From assembly GCF_009914755.1 (NCBI RefSeq), contig NC_060930.1: a stretch of DNA of 64,000 nt; one strand, given 5' to 3'. The DNA is from the human T2T-CHM13v2.0 reference genome, Homo sapiens. The notes beneath the pieces were generated by a model. The model worked only from the letters and a program-made list of their open reading frames with translations, made no database searches and was not told the origin of the DNA. The position numbers and the translations under genes are program-made. Shown piece by piece: positions 50,616 through 64,000 of this stretch. Position 1 is the first letter of the stretch. The number at the start of each line of letters is the position of its first letter.

Positions 50616-52909
50616 TCATCCTAAGTCACCTGTTCTGCAGGCTTCTTGTGATATTTAGAAATACCTTTTGTAATGGCCTAGAATTTACATACAAGTAGGT
50701 ATTTAACAAATGTTTCATTCACATAGGTAACTTTCAGCAAAATGTAGGTTTGCTTTTACATTTATGTAGACCTTCAATTAAAAGTAAACTCATATCTTGT
50801 ATGCTTTCACTTGCCCTCTTCAGAAGTAACTGTCATTCTTATTACATGTGGGAGAAACTGAGGTACAAGGAAACTGCTCAGTGTGACATACTGGGTCACT
50901 TTCACATGTAAACCAATTCTGCTAATTCGCTTTGCAAGGATAAGTGCTGGCATCACTTTATCTTCAACATATTAATGTATACAGCTGTCTAGCCATGTGG
51001 CAGATACTTTAGCCAAGAATAATACCCGGATTCTGCAATTTGAGCACCAATTATCAGGAGGTTAAAAGCACTGATTTATCCTGGTCCCTGGTCTCCCTCA
51101 AGCCGCGTACAGTGCTCTAATGATGAGCAATTGAGGAGCAGCGTCTTTTCTCATGTTCATTACTCTCCAACAAGATCTTAACTTGATAAGGCCATCCTGA
51201 AAAGGCTAGATCAGCTTTAGACAAGGTAGCAGGTGCATTTATCAACTGCTCATGTTTGCTGAGTCAGGGATTGCTGTGGTTTTTAACATTTTTTTTTCCT
51301 ACTAAAGAAGTTACTTTTTTTGTTTTCATATTTAGGGGATTGCTATCTATTCATGACAGCATTTTCCATTATGGCACCTGAAGAAAGTGTTTAAACTTTT
51401 CTCCCAGTTTCTAAACTCAAGTCTTTTCAATAAATTGTATATATTATGCAATTCGATGCTAGATAATTGTCTTATTCCCTCACCCTCCAAAATACTAGCA
51501 TATACCTAATTAATACAGGGATATTCCATAAATCATAGGTGCCAAGGAAAAACCATGTAACTGGGGAAAACTTTACACAGAATATCAATCAGATCCTGGT
51601 ACTTGTCATTTAAGTAGAGCACAATTCTCTCAAGGCTTACCAGCCTCTCTCACAGCATCCGCCACAGCACTTAGAAATATTAACTCCTTGTGCTTTCAAT
51701 CCTCAGAATAAATGAACTTCAGCTCACTCTTCTTTTTATTGTTCCCGTGGGCTCTTTTTGTTGGGGGAGGGAGAGAGAAAAGGCTATTTTTATAACGTTT
51801 TGCAAGTCAAATGACAAAGTTCAGAAGAGGGAAAATGCTGGAAAAAAATCAATGCAATGTCCTTATTTGGCAGCGCTTAGTTTGGCTAATTACTGGTTAC
51901 AGGTAGGAAACACAGCTAATGGGGCTTAGCAACAGATGGGGAGCCAGCACAAAGCTGTAGGTTCTTCCTCTGCCTCGGCTGTGACTTCCTGCAGTGTTGA
52001 ACAAGTCATTCAACCTGTTTTTGATTCACTTCCCTTTCACTAAATTATAGATAATAATGCCTACTAGCTATGTCATACATTGTTGAGAAGAATAGCTCAT
52101 AGGAAGATCACAAAACACTTTCAAAGAGTTGAAATGCTCTATAGGCACAGGCTCCACTGAATCAAGCTGAACAGGAGGCAATGCCCCTTTCTGTCAAGTC
52201 CTCTGTTCCCCATTTAAAACCAAAACGAATGCAAATCTGAAAGTGACTTTGCATTTGCCATGCATCCCTTCTGCCTCTCAGGCATTCTATCACTAACTGA
52301 TTGTAACTATGCAAATGATACTGTTATCTGTGGCACACACTGTCGTTTGTACTGCAGCACCAGCAGTTTAAAATGCTTGATGAATCCAAGGCTGATTGGC
52401 AGCTCCAAACTTATCCGTGACCTAATTTGTGGTCAAGAAGTACATGCAGATTTGGATAAGGGCAAAACCAATGACAACAGCCTTTCCTTGAGGTTTTAAA
52501 AGACTTGAAGTTTGGTTGCCAGGGATTTTTTAAAAAAAATAAATACAGTTCTGCATCTGGGATCTGGATTTAAAGCAAAATTCGTCAAATGCACCAAGAA
52601 TTTTGAAGCTCTAGAGAGCTTCACAGAACAAAAGTAATCCTGAGATAAAGAATGGGAACGATTTCTGCTGCCGCTGAAATGATTGCAGCAGGATGATGGG
52701 TGGTGATGTGATGATTTCCTCATTGTTACAGAGAAAGGAAATCGGCTCCTGTGCCAAGAAGCAATGGATTTACCCCGCTAATTTCCAGGTGCTTTAAGTG
52801 CTGGATTCTGTTCCAAAATAAAAACATAAATAAATATGGCAAATGTTAGGTAACGTGGGGATGGGAAGGGAATCAGACAAGGAAACTACCATTGATTGCT
52901 TGCTGGGTT

Positions 52910-53040
52910 GGCAATATCATCACATTTCACAGACCATGCTACTGAGCTGCAGAGGTCAAGTGACTTGCCCAAGTTCGCGGAACTGGTAGGTGGTGGAACA
53001 GTGAGTAAAAACACACAGCCTCTGCTCTTTTCACTCTACT
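52910..53040 (+). mobile_element. MIR fragment
   Basis: CATTTCACAGA..ACTGAGCTGCAGAGGTCAAGTGACTTGCCCAAG. Confidence 0.7.
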
Positions 53041-53599
53041 GGGTTGTCTTTAGGAGATGTTGTCTGGATCTATATACCAACTGCAGAGACAGAGAAGACC
53101 GCTTGGCTTTCACAGTACCCCAGGCCAGAGTACAAGGGGAAATCCTATAGATGACTTGCCCAGCCTCCTGCTGTTTGGAGCTCAGCAAATTTGCCTCATG
53201 GGAAGCTCCGTTGTCTCCCTTCCTCTGAGTCCCCTCTTCTCTGACTGGTCCCTGCCAGCACTGCCTGTTTGCTGTTACTACTTCCCAGTGATCAACAGCT
53301 ATTTTATGTTTCCTCCCATTGTGCTTCATTGCACTTTTGTGGCCCCTCTGCCCACCTACCTGCAGCTCACCTTCATGTTATTGAAGGGCGGTTGTGTTTG
53401 TGGCTTGTTATTATGTTCTTGAACAGCCCTATGATGTGGAACTTAAAGGGGCCGGGTTGTAGAGGAACATCCATTATCCATCACTTCTCTCCATATTTCT
53501 CACTTTCACTAGGTCCTTTATCATTGTCATATACTGGGAAGTTTAAATCCAAAATCTGAAGTCTGGCTTAAAAAAATTATCGGTTAATGTTATCTTTTA

Positions 53600-53845
53600 A
53601 CATTTGTTGACATTAATTGAACATTTGTTATAAGAAAAGCAATATGCTAAATGAATTACGTAATTACCCTGTTTAAATCTCAAAATGACCCAATGAGGTG
53701 AGGTTTTTTGTTAATTTCATTTTATAAACCAAGAAACTGAAATTTATGGTGATGAGGTAGTCTGCCCAAGGTTACAGATATAGTAACCTGCAGAACCAAG
53801 ATTCAACCTCAGATCTGGCTCACTGCAAAGTCCTAACTGAACCAA
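53600..53845 (+). mobile_element. MIR SINE
   Basis: TTTAAATCTCAAAATGACCCAATGAGGT..GAAACTGAAA..TGCCCAAGGTTACA..GATTCAACCTCAGATCTG. Confidence 0.75.
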
Positions 53846-56792
53846 AGTATTAACTCTACCAAATTAACTCCACCAACTTTGTGCATCTGTATATGTTAAT
53901 GTAATTGCTGGAGTCTTGGTCAGTTTCATCTTTATATTCACAGTTTTCAGCACAATCCTCACTATGAACTCTGATGAATTAGCAAATTTATATTGTGGCA
54001 GAAGGATTGAGAATCAAAATGCAAATTATACACTTACCATCACAAATCTGATGCTGATTTGTTGGATCAATTTATAAAATATGGACCAAATTTGATTTGT
54101 TTTTTGATATGCCTGTAATCAAAAATATTTCTGTAAAGATATTTCTGTAATCAAACAAACCTGGTTCTATTATCTAACAGACTGAGATCCTTGCTGTGTG
54201 GACACAATTCAGACCCGCCTAATAGTACCTTGGGTCAACAGAGGGAAGTCTGCAATGGTACTGACAAGTGTGTGTGTGTGAAGCAGAATGTGTTTTGCAG
54301 TGCAGAGCTGTCAGACTAGAAATAATGCATCAAGATGCACGTTCTGGGCAACTTTAATGATGCTCCCATGGGTATTCTTAGTGCTATGTTAAGCATGGCA
54401 CTTATAAAAACCTCACATTGGCGCTTAGAGCTTCTGGAAGATAGTTCAATGTTTTGTTGTGTAGCTAGGCTTGCAGATCTTGGTTATGGCTTGAAGGTAA
54501 ATAAGAGATTAAAACCTCCACTTCTAATTACTCAATTTTGACATTAAATTTCAATATTTATAGAAAAGCTAGAATTTCATAAATATCAGATTATGCCAAT
54601 ATCATCAATGAACTGTTTTCTTGGAATTACTTAGATCAAGCAACCAGTTCTGAAGGTTACTTTCACAATTTTAATTAGTAAAAATGCTTCTTACTTATTG
54701 AAAACTTGAAGCTCAAGCAATAATCTATCTATTGGTAATAGAGAAGCACTGCTGAATAATGTTCTGTGTCTTACAAACATATCTTATTGTTTTGAGCCAT
54801 TAAATGCTGATATAGTAGTTGCCTGCAGCATGCTTAAGCAATAAGCCATGATGAGGTACTGTACCACTCCTTGATGCCTGGGGTACATCGTCCAGAAGAG
54901 TTTTCTAATCACGCAAAAAGGAGCAACTCCCAAATATATTATGCTAACTAACCGTTCCTTTCCTACATGATAATCATCTAGGTTGTTTATTATATATCTG
55001 TTTAAAGAATTACCATGTATCTTAAGTCAAGCAAAACCACATCAAATATTTGCAGCCCTAAACAATTAGAAGAAAGAACAATAATTCTGATGCACATATC
55101 CTGCTTTGGGTATTTCAAGTTTTGTTTCATTATTTCATGCCCTCAGCTCCCTCCGTCCAGGGATTTTGTCCCTCCTGTATCAAGGCTTCTTTCACCTCTG
55201 TCTGCAGTAACACTTTCTTCTTTTATTTTAGATTTTTAAAAAGCTATCTCAGGAATTTTGGTGTAGCTCCTGATTCAGCTGTATTGATGGTAATTGAGAG
55301 GGGAATACAAACTGAACTCAAGTGCAGCTCCACTTAAATTTACTTCCCCTGAGAGAAGAATTTCCAAAGCTGCCAGTCCAAGGGTTTCTATAAAATTTGT
55401 GTTTGTAAGAGCAGCACTTCATTATATTTTGTTCTTTTTGAAATCATCTAGAGTACTATGAAAATTATCACAGCTTCCAAAGGAGGTTGGTAAAGTTTGT
55501 CTGTCTTTAAGAGAAAACTAATGGGTCTTGAGAGCTTTCCCTTTTGTTTAAAAATAAACACTGATATTTCTGAATAAAATATCGTGACTGCACTGTCATT
55601 CTGTTTATAGACCTCTCCACAGGGACATTCTTCTGCACTGAGAAAATCTGTGAAGATCATTGCTTTTGGATTTAAACATGATGGGTAGCCCCTGTCCCTT
55701 TTATATCTTTATTTCTGTATCTGTAGATATAGATGTACATATTACAGAGCTAGAGATAGTGATATTCACACTGGTAGATGTAGATATAGATATGAATGAA
55801 TTCAACAAAATGTCTGAGAGATGACTAGTGGCCCCTCACAAGGACATCTGACTTTTGCATGGTATGTACTCTTTTGAATGAGATATGGTCACAATGACAC
55901 TTAAAACAGATATCATTTTGAGTGACAAACTGTGCCATCCTTACCATTTTCTTATTCTGCAGTAGTCCATTGGCATTAAAGCTGCCTGCAAAGTTGTAGG
56001 CTTGGTGATCTGAATGAGAAGAACTAGGGAATAGATTTCTATAAAAACCTGACTGCATAATTTAATCGGGCACACATTCAGGGTATATGAAATCAGAGCA
56101 GAGATAAGTAAGAGTGTCACTGCATTTGCATGTTCCGATTAGATCGAACAGCATAAAGAAAAAGATTTCTTATCAGAGAAGACTTCACGATGGAAGTTAC
56201 ATTTCAATAGTAATTTGAATGAAAGGAGAATTGATGAGTTGAAAACTGGTAGGATACCACATTATGTGATTTAAATAAAAGGCTAAATTTTAAAATGTTA
56301 TCTGGAAATTTTGGAAGACTATGCTTTTTTAAAGTATTACATTTTTACTTAAAGTATTAGGATTGTACTTAATCACACTCCTGCATTCGCTGACCGTGAG
56401 TTGCATTAATGTGAAATCATGTAAACCAGATGAGAAATGGGAACAGTCTTTAGGGTGAATGTTACCCACGATTTTTGCTTAGCCCTAAGGGTGACAGAAA
56501 TTACTCTATCTGTCTTGTTGATCAGTCCAGGGTCTTCTTTTCTATTCTCTCTGTCTTCCAGAAATATTCTATCAAAATAAGCTAACATTTTCTTGAACAC
56601 CTTTTTTTCCCATTAGAGCTTCCTTTCTTCACTTTGGTATAATTCTAACCTCCTGGTTGTTAGCTCATTTGACCACTTTTTCTCAGCACTTAGCTATTCT
56701 CTCACTTACTAAGTGACTTAGATTTTTGACTTACTCCTGTGCTTTGTATTTTAGCTTCTCCTACTCCACAGGGGTGTTTGGTTCCCTGTTCA

Positions 56793-56795
<3 letters not shown>

Positions 56796-56835
<40 letters not shown>
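56796..56835. repeat. (TC)~20 microsatellite
   Basis: Direct inspection. Confidence 0.95.
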
Positions 56836-56838
<3 letters not shown>

Positions 56839-59800
56839 CTTTTCTTTTGTTTCTATCTTCATAGTGGAGGAGGCAGAGATTATTATTTAAGAAGTACTAT
56901 CTTCCTCTTCACTACTGTTTTTTCTCATACATCTCTTTGTAAGTGCTATAAGCAGTTTGGGCTGATGTTGAGCAGGAAAAGGAGACTCTACTCTTCTTTT
57001 GATGAGTGGTGTCCCTTCAGGATTCATGATATTTATAAGCAGAGGGAGAGGGAGAGGTGGAGAAATGCAGACCATTAGGCTAGCACTGGAGAAATCAAGG
57101 GAAAAACTGAGATTCAGTCAAGACCAAACCAGGGGGTACACGCAGGTAAAAGAAGGGACTTCATATTAGGAATAGTCCAAACCTGGGACTGAATCGAAGG
57201 TGATGGCTGTGATGTTCCGCCTCTGTTCCCATTCAGGACTTTGGTGCTTATTCTTCAAATTCCTGAGTTTGCTGCTAACAGTTCATAACGAAGCCTCTCT
57301 TTAGAAATTGTTCTTGGCTAGAAGAAGCTTCCTTGCCCAATACTATGCCCCCTTTATAGGAGCAGCTTATATCCAAATGACAGCTGATGCAAACCTCAGT
57401 GTCTTAGAATCGGGGAACTTGGGCTCTGGCATGTATGATCCAAGATTAAGACAAGATAATGTGTTGTCCATATACGCAACAACATGTGGTACATCATTTC
57501 CACATAGTTTATGAAATAGAATTTAGAGAATGTACACATGTAATGACTTAGCCTCCAACATATTGGGCAGGAATTCATAAAGCAGCGATGTCCCATACTT
57601 TGGGTGTGTGAAGGGGAAAGAATAATAGTGCCAACACAGAGTGCTACCATCCCATACTGTTCAAATAAAGTAAAGGGATCTCTGTTTGAAATTCTATCCC
57701 TAAGCAATAAGTGACTCTTCCATTGAAAACAGTTTAAATCCTCTCAAACAGCATGCTGATCCCATTGAGAGCTGACACAAATCATATGCTTTTTAACACA
57801 GAACACTTGGTCTAGAGTCAATGAACCATGGCTTCAGAGCCACTCAACACAGGGAAGGGCATATGGGAGGAAGGGAAGTCTTCCATGGAGACCGATGAGT
57901 AATTACTTCACAAAGACTGCAATTTGATCAAGGACACATTTTAAAAATCAAAATATTATAACACAAAATGACCTAAGAAAACTTAGTTATGCACACAACT
58001 CTTAGGGTATTTTTGGTGAGAGTGTAGCTGCTGATTCCCATACTTCCCAACCAGATAATAATAAAAGCATGGATCAAATTCTGCCACCTACACTGACATA
58101 TATTAAACAGTCACTTATTAGCAAAAAGGCACAAAACATTTTAAACAATACCTACTATTTGAGATGAACAAAACCCCAGTCTCTTATCTTTGTAGGTGCT
58201 ACTATTATGCTTTGCACAAAAGAGGTACTTGAAGCCCCAGACATGACAATATTCCAGAAACCAATGCTGGACACAAGACCCTTGATCAAACCTCAGTCAC
58301 CATTCCTGAGGGTATGCCCTAAGGGGTTTGCTAGAGTTTCATAGGCTTCTCATGAGAGAATAGAGATTGTCTTGGAAATAATTAAGCCAGTCCACATATC
58401 TGAATAGCACTACTTTTAATTGAGAAAGCTGATTTCTAAAATATATTAACATCTGCGTCAAATCACCAATTTTACCAATGAAAGCACATTTTAAAAATAT
58501 ATTAACCTAAATAGCAAAGCTCTATGCTGATCAAAGTTATGAATTGCTGAAGTTATTACATTCATTTAACCATAGGAAATTGATAATATTCAACCATGTT
58601 TGATCAACAAAAATGGCATCTGGGAGTGTATTATTTTTTAATTAGATATTTGATGACTTTTGGAGTGAATTTGTAATTGGGCAACTGACTACCTCTAAAG
58701 TGGCCATCATCTACATGGCCTACAGTGAGATATATTTTAATGAATTCTAACTATAGTATGAAATGGTAATAAGGGAACTGAAAGAGCAGATATTCTTAAT
58801 AGTCCATTTCTTGTGGGAGAAAAAGAAAGTGGGAGAACAGAAGAGGGTAATACTGAACCACAGCCATTTGCCTTGCTGGCCATGCCACAGGTGACTATCA
58901 CCAATTTGTTAGCAAGAAGGCATGGCTCTCAGGAGAGCGTGTGGGATAAATAAATTTCAGTGAATCCTTTGATTATTCCCATAAAATTCTGGGTAAAAAG
59001 AGCCCATCTAGGTACTACTCCATGTAGATAAGTGGACCTCTGACTACTACAATCAAAACCCTCCTCTGCAGCCCTTGTATTTCAGAGAAAGCTGTCTTAT
59101 TGAAGCATATTTATTTATTTAGATGTGAAATAGGTTAAACTATAGAGTAATAGGAGCAAGGAAACAGTCAAGGCCCCAATAGGTTAAGAGAATTTAAGAG
59201 TTAATACTTTTTTAAAGATCATCAAATTGTACTTTTGAACTGTAATTACAGATATAATAAAAACTCAATCAATAAAATAGACATAACAAGACTCACAAGA
59301 CTACCATTCATTGATTTTGTAAGCGTTCCACTAGTACATTTGATGTGCATGGTGTCTCCAAGTATTACTGATTTAAGAATCTGTTGCAGGTTGAAGAAAT
59401 GCTAAATCAATCTTGAGAATGGTGACATTTGTGCAGAGTGATTGGCCTTTGAACATCATTTATATCTCAGAGAGAAAACACATTTTAGTACTAATAGCTA
59501 AGAATCATGTACATATGTATCTCTATAAAAACAATTCTCACAAAAAGTAATCTAAGGGAACATCAGAATCCTCTTAAATTTTGGAAGGAAGTAACTTCCA
59601 AAGGAATAGCACTGCTTTCAAATATCTTTTATCTTTAGTGTTTATTTTTGGTATTTCATAGGCCCAGTAAGAAATATGAGAACATTATAATAATCAAAGT
59701 ACCTGGCTTTTCAACATTTTTTTCTCAAGCTCTATGAGTAATAATCTCTGAATAAAGATCATGTGAATCATAATTATTCTTATCTTTTGTTCTATAATTG

Positions 59801-59989
59801 CTTTTGGGGGATATAATTTTCTCTGAAAAATGTTGAAACTAAGACTAAGAGGTGTTAAATGAGTTGGTGAAGGACACATGGTTCCTTAGTGGTTTCTTTT
59901 TTTTTTCAACATACTTCATTTAATAAGCAGGCTTTCATGGCTAAACTCTCTTTTGCTACAAGAAACTACTTAAAGAAGAAGAAAAAATA

Positions 59990-60180
59990 AAACAAATATT
60001 TATTGAGCACCATCTATATGTTATACACCGTTTCTTATGTTATAAACTACCTATTCTCCTTTTGTAAACATGAGATTTTGCAAATTAGTGTAATTAAATT
60101 AACCTGGCTAAGGTCACAGCATAGCTCAAAAGTCCTCATTGAAATCTAGTAGTCTGACTCCAAAGCCCATGCCTTTTCAG
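59990..60180 (+). mobile_element. MIR fragment
   Basis: ATTTATTGAGCACC..TAACCTGGCTAAGGTCACAGC..GTCTGACTCCAAAGCCCATGC. Confidence 0.7.
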
Positions 60181-60480
60181 TTGACTAAAAGTTTCCCTTG
60201 CCAAAATGAAGACACCTGTCGTCAATCATCTAAAAATGTTAATAAGTCATTCCTGTTTTCCCTCTGCTGAGGCTGCCACCGTCACCTAGCAAAATAATTA
60301 TCTGCTATGAGTGCTATGAGACATTTGACTTTGCTGCTCTGATTCTTCAATAATGAAATATTTAAAAAATGGAAGCTAGGAGTAGCTTTAGATAGATGGC
60401 AAATAGCCAGGGAGTGTTTGTAGGACTATTGCCTTGTCTAAAGTCTGGCTCTAGAACTTCAATTATGCTGCACACTCTTT

Positions 60481-60773
60481 TTTTTTTTTTTGAGACAGAG
60501 CTTTGCTCTTGTTGCCCAGGCTGGAGGGCAATGGCACAATCTTGGCTCACTGCAACCTCCGCCTCCTGGGTTCGAGCGATTTTCCTGACTCAGCCTCCTG
60601 AGTAGCTGGGATTATAGGCATGAGCCACCACAGCTGACTAATTTTGTAATTTTAGTAGAGACGGGGTTTCTCCATTTTGGTCAGGCTGGTCTCGAACACC
60701 CGACCTCACGTGATCCGCCTGCCTCGGCCTCCCAAAGTGCTGGGATTACAGGCGTGAACCACCGTGCCCGGCC
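60481..60773 (-). mobile_element. AluSp/Sq-like
   Basis: CTTTGCTCTTGTTGCCCAGG..GCAATGGC diagnostics; perfect 15-bp TSD TGCTGCACACTCTTT at 60466-60480 and 60774-60788. Confidence 0.97.
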
Positions 60774-61560
60774 TGCTGCACACTCTTTAGGTGCCCAATG
60801 ACACTGGAGGTGATGGAAGCCCCATCGGCACCTATGACCAGAGCATGCAGCCTTCATTCCCACCTTGTCAGGGATGTTCTCAAGACCAGAAGCACCATGA
60901 CCAGTTTTGAAACACTTTAGAGCATACGTTGGCCTTTAGCTTCAACCCTAAGGGACTTCATTTTTGTTCCTGTTGTACATAAGCTCCGTTTGGAAGCCAT
61001 TCCAGGTGACTACACTGACAAGGCAGCCTAAGTTCAGGGAGGGAAGCATGACACTCATCTACTTTAAGGCATTTTCTTGCCACCTGGTGCTGTCCATCCA
61101 GGGAGAACCAAATTAGACCAAACCACTTATTGATCTCCTTTTTCTTGTTATTAACGTTTTATTTTAATGTCGGGGAGATGTGTTATTTTTCAATTTTTTT
61201 ATTAATTTTTTCTATACTTCTTATAATTGTATTTATTTGCTTATTTTTTGGACATGAAAATTTTAGGGATAGATTTTTGTTTATTTAAGTGCTATAGAAA
61301 CTAAGGGGAGAAATAAAAAGTGTCAAATTATTGAGTTTTGCAAACAAAACTATAACAAAAATCCAAATAAAACCTTCTTTGTTTGGGAAAAGTAATAAAA
61401 AGAAAATGGATTTTAAAATCAGGCAAGACTGAAGTTTGAATGCTGGCTTCACCACTTGAGATTCAACATCTGCTCAGACCCATAAAGTTTATCATTTTGA
61501 AAGTGGGAGAAACTATCTACATTGCAGAGTTGATAAGAGCACTAATGATGATAATGTATC

Positions 61561-61922
61561 TGATGTGGCTTGGCTGTGTCCTCACCCAAATTGCATCTTA
61601 AATTGTAGCTCCCATAATTCCCACTTGTTGTGGGAGGAACCTGGTGGGAGATAATAGAATCATGGGGATTGTTTCTCCCATACTGCTCTCGTGGTAGTGA
61701 ATAAGTCTCATGAGATCTGATGTTTTTATAAGTGGTTTTCCCTTTTGCTTGGCTCTCATTGTCTCTTGCCTGCCGCCATGTAAGATGTGCCTTTTGCCTT
61801 TCACCGTGATTGTGAGGCCTCCCCAGCCACATGGAACTGTGAGTACTTTAAACCTCTTTTTCTTTATAAATTACCCAGTTTTGAGTATGCCTTTACTAGC
61901 AGCATGAGAACAGACTAATACA
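61561..61922 (+). mobile_element. THE1 (B/C-like) solo LTR inserted in a MIR
   Basis: TGATGTGGCTTGGCTGTGTCCTCACCCAAAT...GAGAACAGACTAATACA; TSD GTATC/GTGTC. Confidence 0.93.
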
Positions 61923-62359
61923 GTGTCCATCACAAATACCTAGCCTGTGGGCAGCATTTAGTTAATTGTGGCTATTATTATTTACCTGTATTACTGGTAT
62001 TGTTATTTTCTTCACTGGTCCATTGAGAAAGTTACTGGATCAGAGATTCATGAAACCTCAAGCAATAAGCCATGGTACATGGCTGAGGTGGAGCAGGCTG
62101 TCATGTCTATTACACTCCAGGAGCCTCCAAGGTGCAAAGCACATTCTGCAGGGTATATCAGAACTGTTCTCCCTTGGTTCCTCTCTCTCTTTCAGGTTCA
62201 AAGTCCCCAGTGAGTCACTTGGGTAAGTGAATGCTCTTGGACTTATGTCAGTCTCCTGGCCATAAATAGTCGTGATCAGGCAGGAATAAGTAGAGAAGTA
62301 CAGAGAGCAGAGAGTGGTGTTTTTACTACCTTTCCAGATCTACCACATCCTCTACATTG

Positions 62360-63195
<836 letters not shown>

Positions 63196-64000
63196 TTTTA
63201 TGTTCCTGGAATGCAGGTGTGTAAGATGAGAATGGCAAGAGGTGAGATGAGAGAGACACACCTAGGAGCTACAACATAACAGCTCTTATACTCCATACCA
63301 GGCTAAATATTTTTTTCCTTTTTATTTTCTTTTCCAAAAGGAATGGAAGTTTAAGGACTATGAACAGATAATAGCATAGTCAGGTTTATATAATATCTCA
63401 GGTATAATATAATTTATATATGGACTGAACAGTGGTAGGTAGATAAAGCAGAGGTGAAGAAACCAAGACATTTTAAAAATATAGACCTGATAGGAGTTGG
63501 TGATTTATTTGACTAAGGAAAGAAGAATATTAGAAAATAATTTTTGATCATTAATTGTTGATTATTCACAGAATCTTATTTATTCCTGTAACTGATTTTA
63601 CAATTAAGGTATAGTGACTGATAATCTCTGTAAAAAGACTCATGGTTCTTCACCTATACAGACATAAACTTTTCCTATCTTATTGAATGTCAACTTTAGG
63701 GCTGATTTTAAGAATACATAGGAATTCACATATGTATTTTCAGCTGGTATAATATAATATCATTTCAACAACCCCACAAACTCAGCTTAATCCATAGTTC
63801 AGATTCATACCTTTGTATTGATTAATAGTCTATTATTTTGTTTCCACAAACTATTTTAATAAGTCATTACTAAATCCTGTGGCCAATGGTACTCTTCAGA
63901 GATCTCTATGTACAATGGAACTTACTATGACAGAAATATTTTACAAATTGTCTGCTGCCTATTGCTTACATTTCAGTTTTTTATCTGGTTATTTCCTGAA

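Noticed and set aside
51115-51205. C/D-box snoRNA-like arrangement (ATGATGA ... CTGA)
   Set aside because: No terminal stem and no recognisable rRNA/snRNA guide; these motifs are common by chance
52604-52623. Inverted repeat TGAAGCTCT-AG-AGAGCTTCA
   Set aside because: Short isolated palindrome with no supporting context

Overview
AT-rich primate (most likely human) non-coding DNA, intergenic or deep intronic. I found no protein-coding exon, RNA gene or CpG island. All listed ORFs are short and fall in repeats, microsatellites or random AT-rich sequence. Much of the window is recognisable transposable-element debris: a two-LTR MSTA MaLR provirus, solo LTRs (LTR8-like, MER21, MLT1, MLT2, MSTB, THE1), a 5'-UTR-bearing L1MB with an internal ORF2 deletion, two short L1PA 3' ends, four Alus, L2/MIR fragments, and DNA transposons (Tigger3, Tigger4a, MER94, MER5, and a decayed hAT/Charlie transposase). 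The most unusual structure is a ~475-bp local duplication (45359-45837 copied to 47163-47640) that sits, with AT-rich filler, inside the target-site duplication of a minus-strand Alu. Two repeat-poor blocks (~31.6-32.4 kb and ~51-53 kb) contain clustered octamer/homeobox motifs and are candidate enhancers. I see no convincing new biological system. Family names come from recognising consensus sequences by eye, and most boundaries are approximate.
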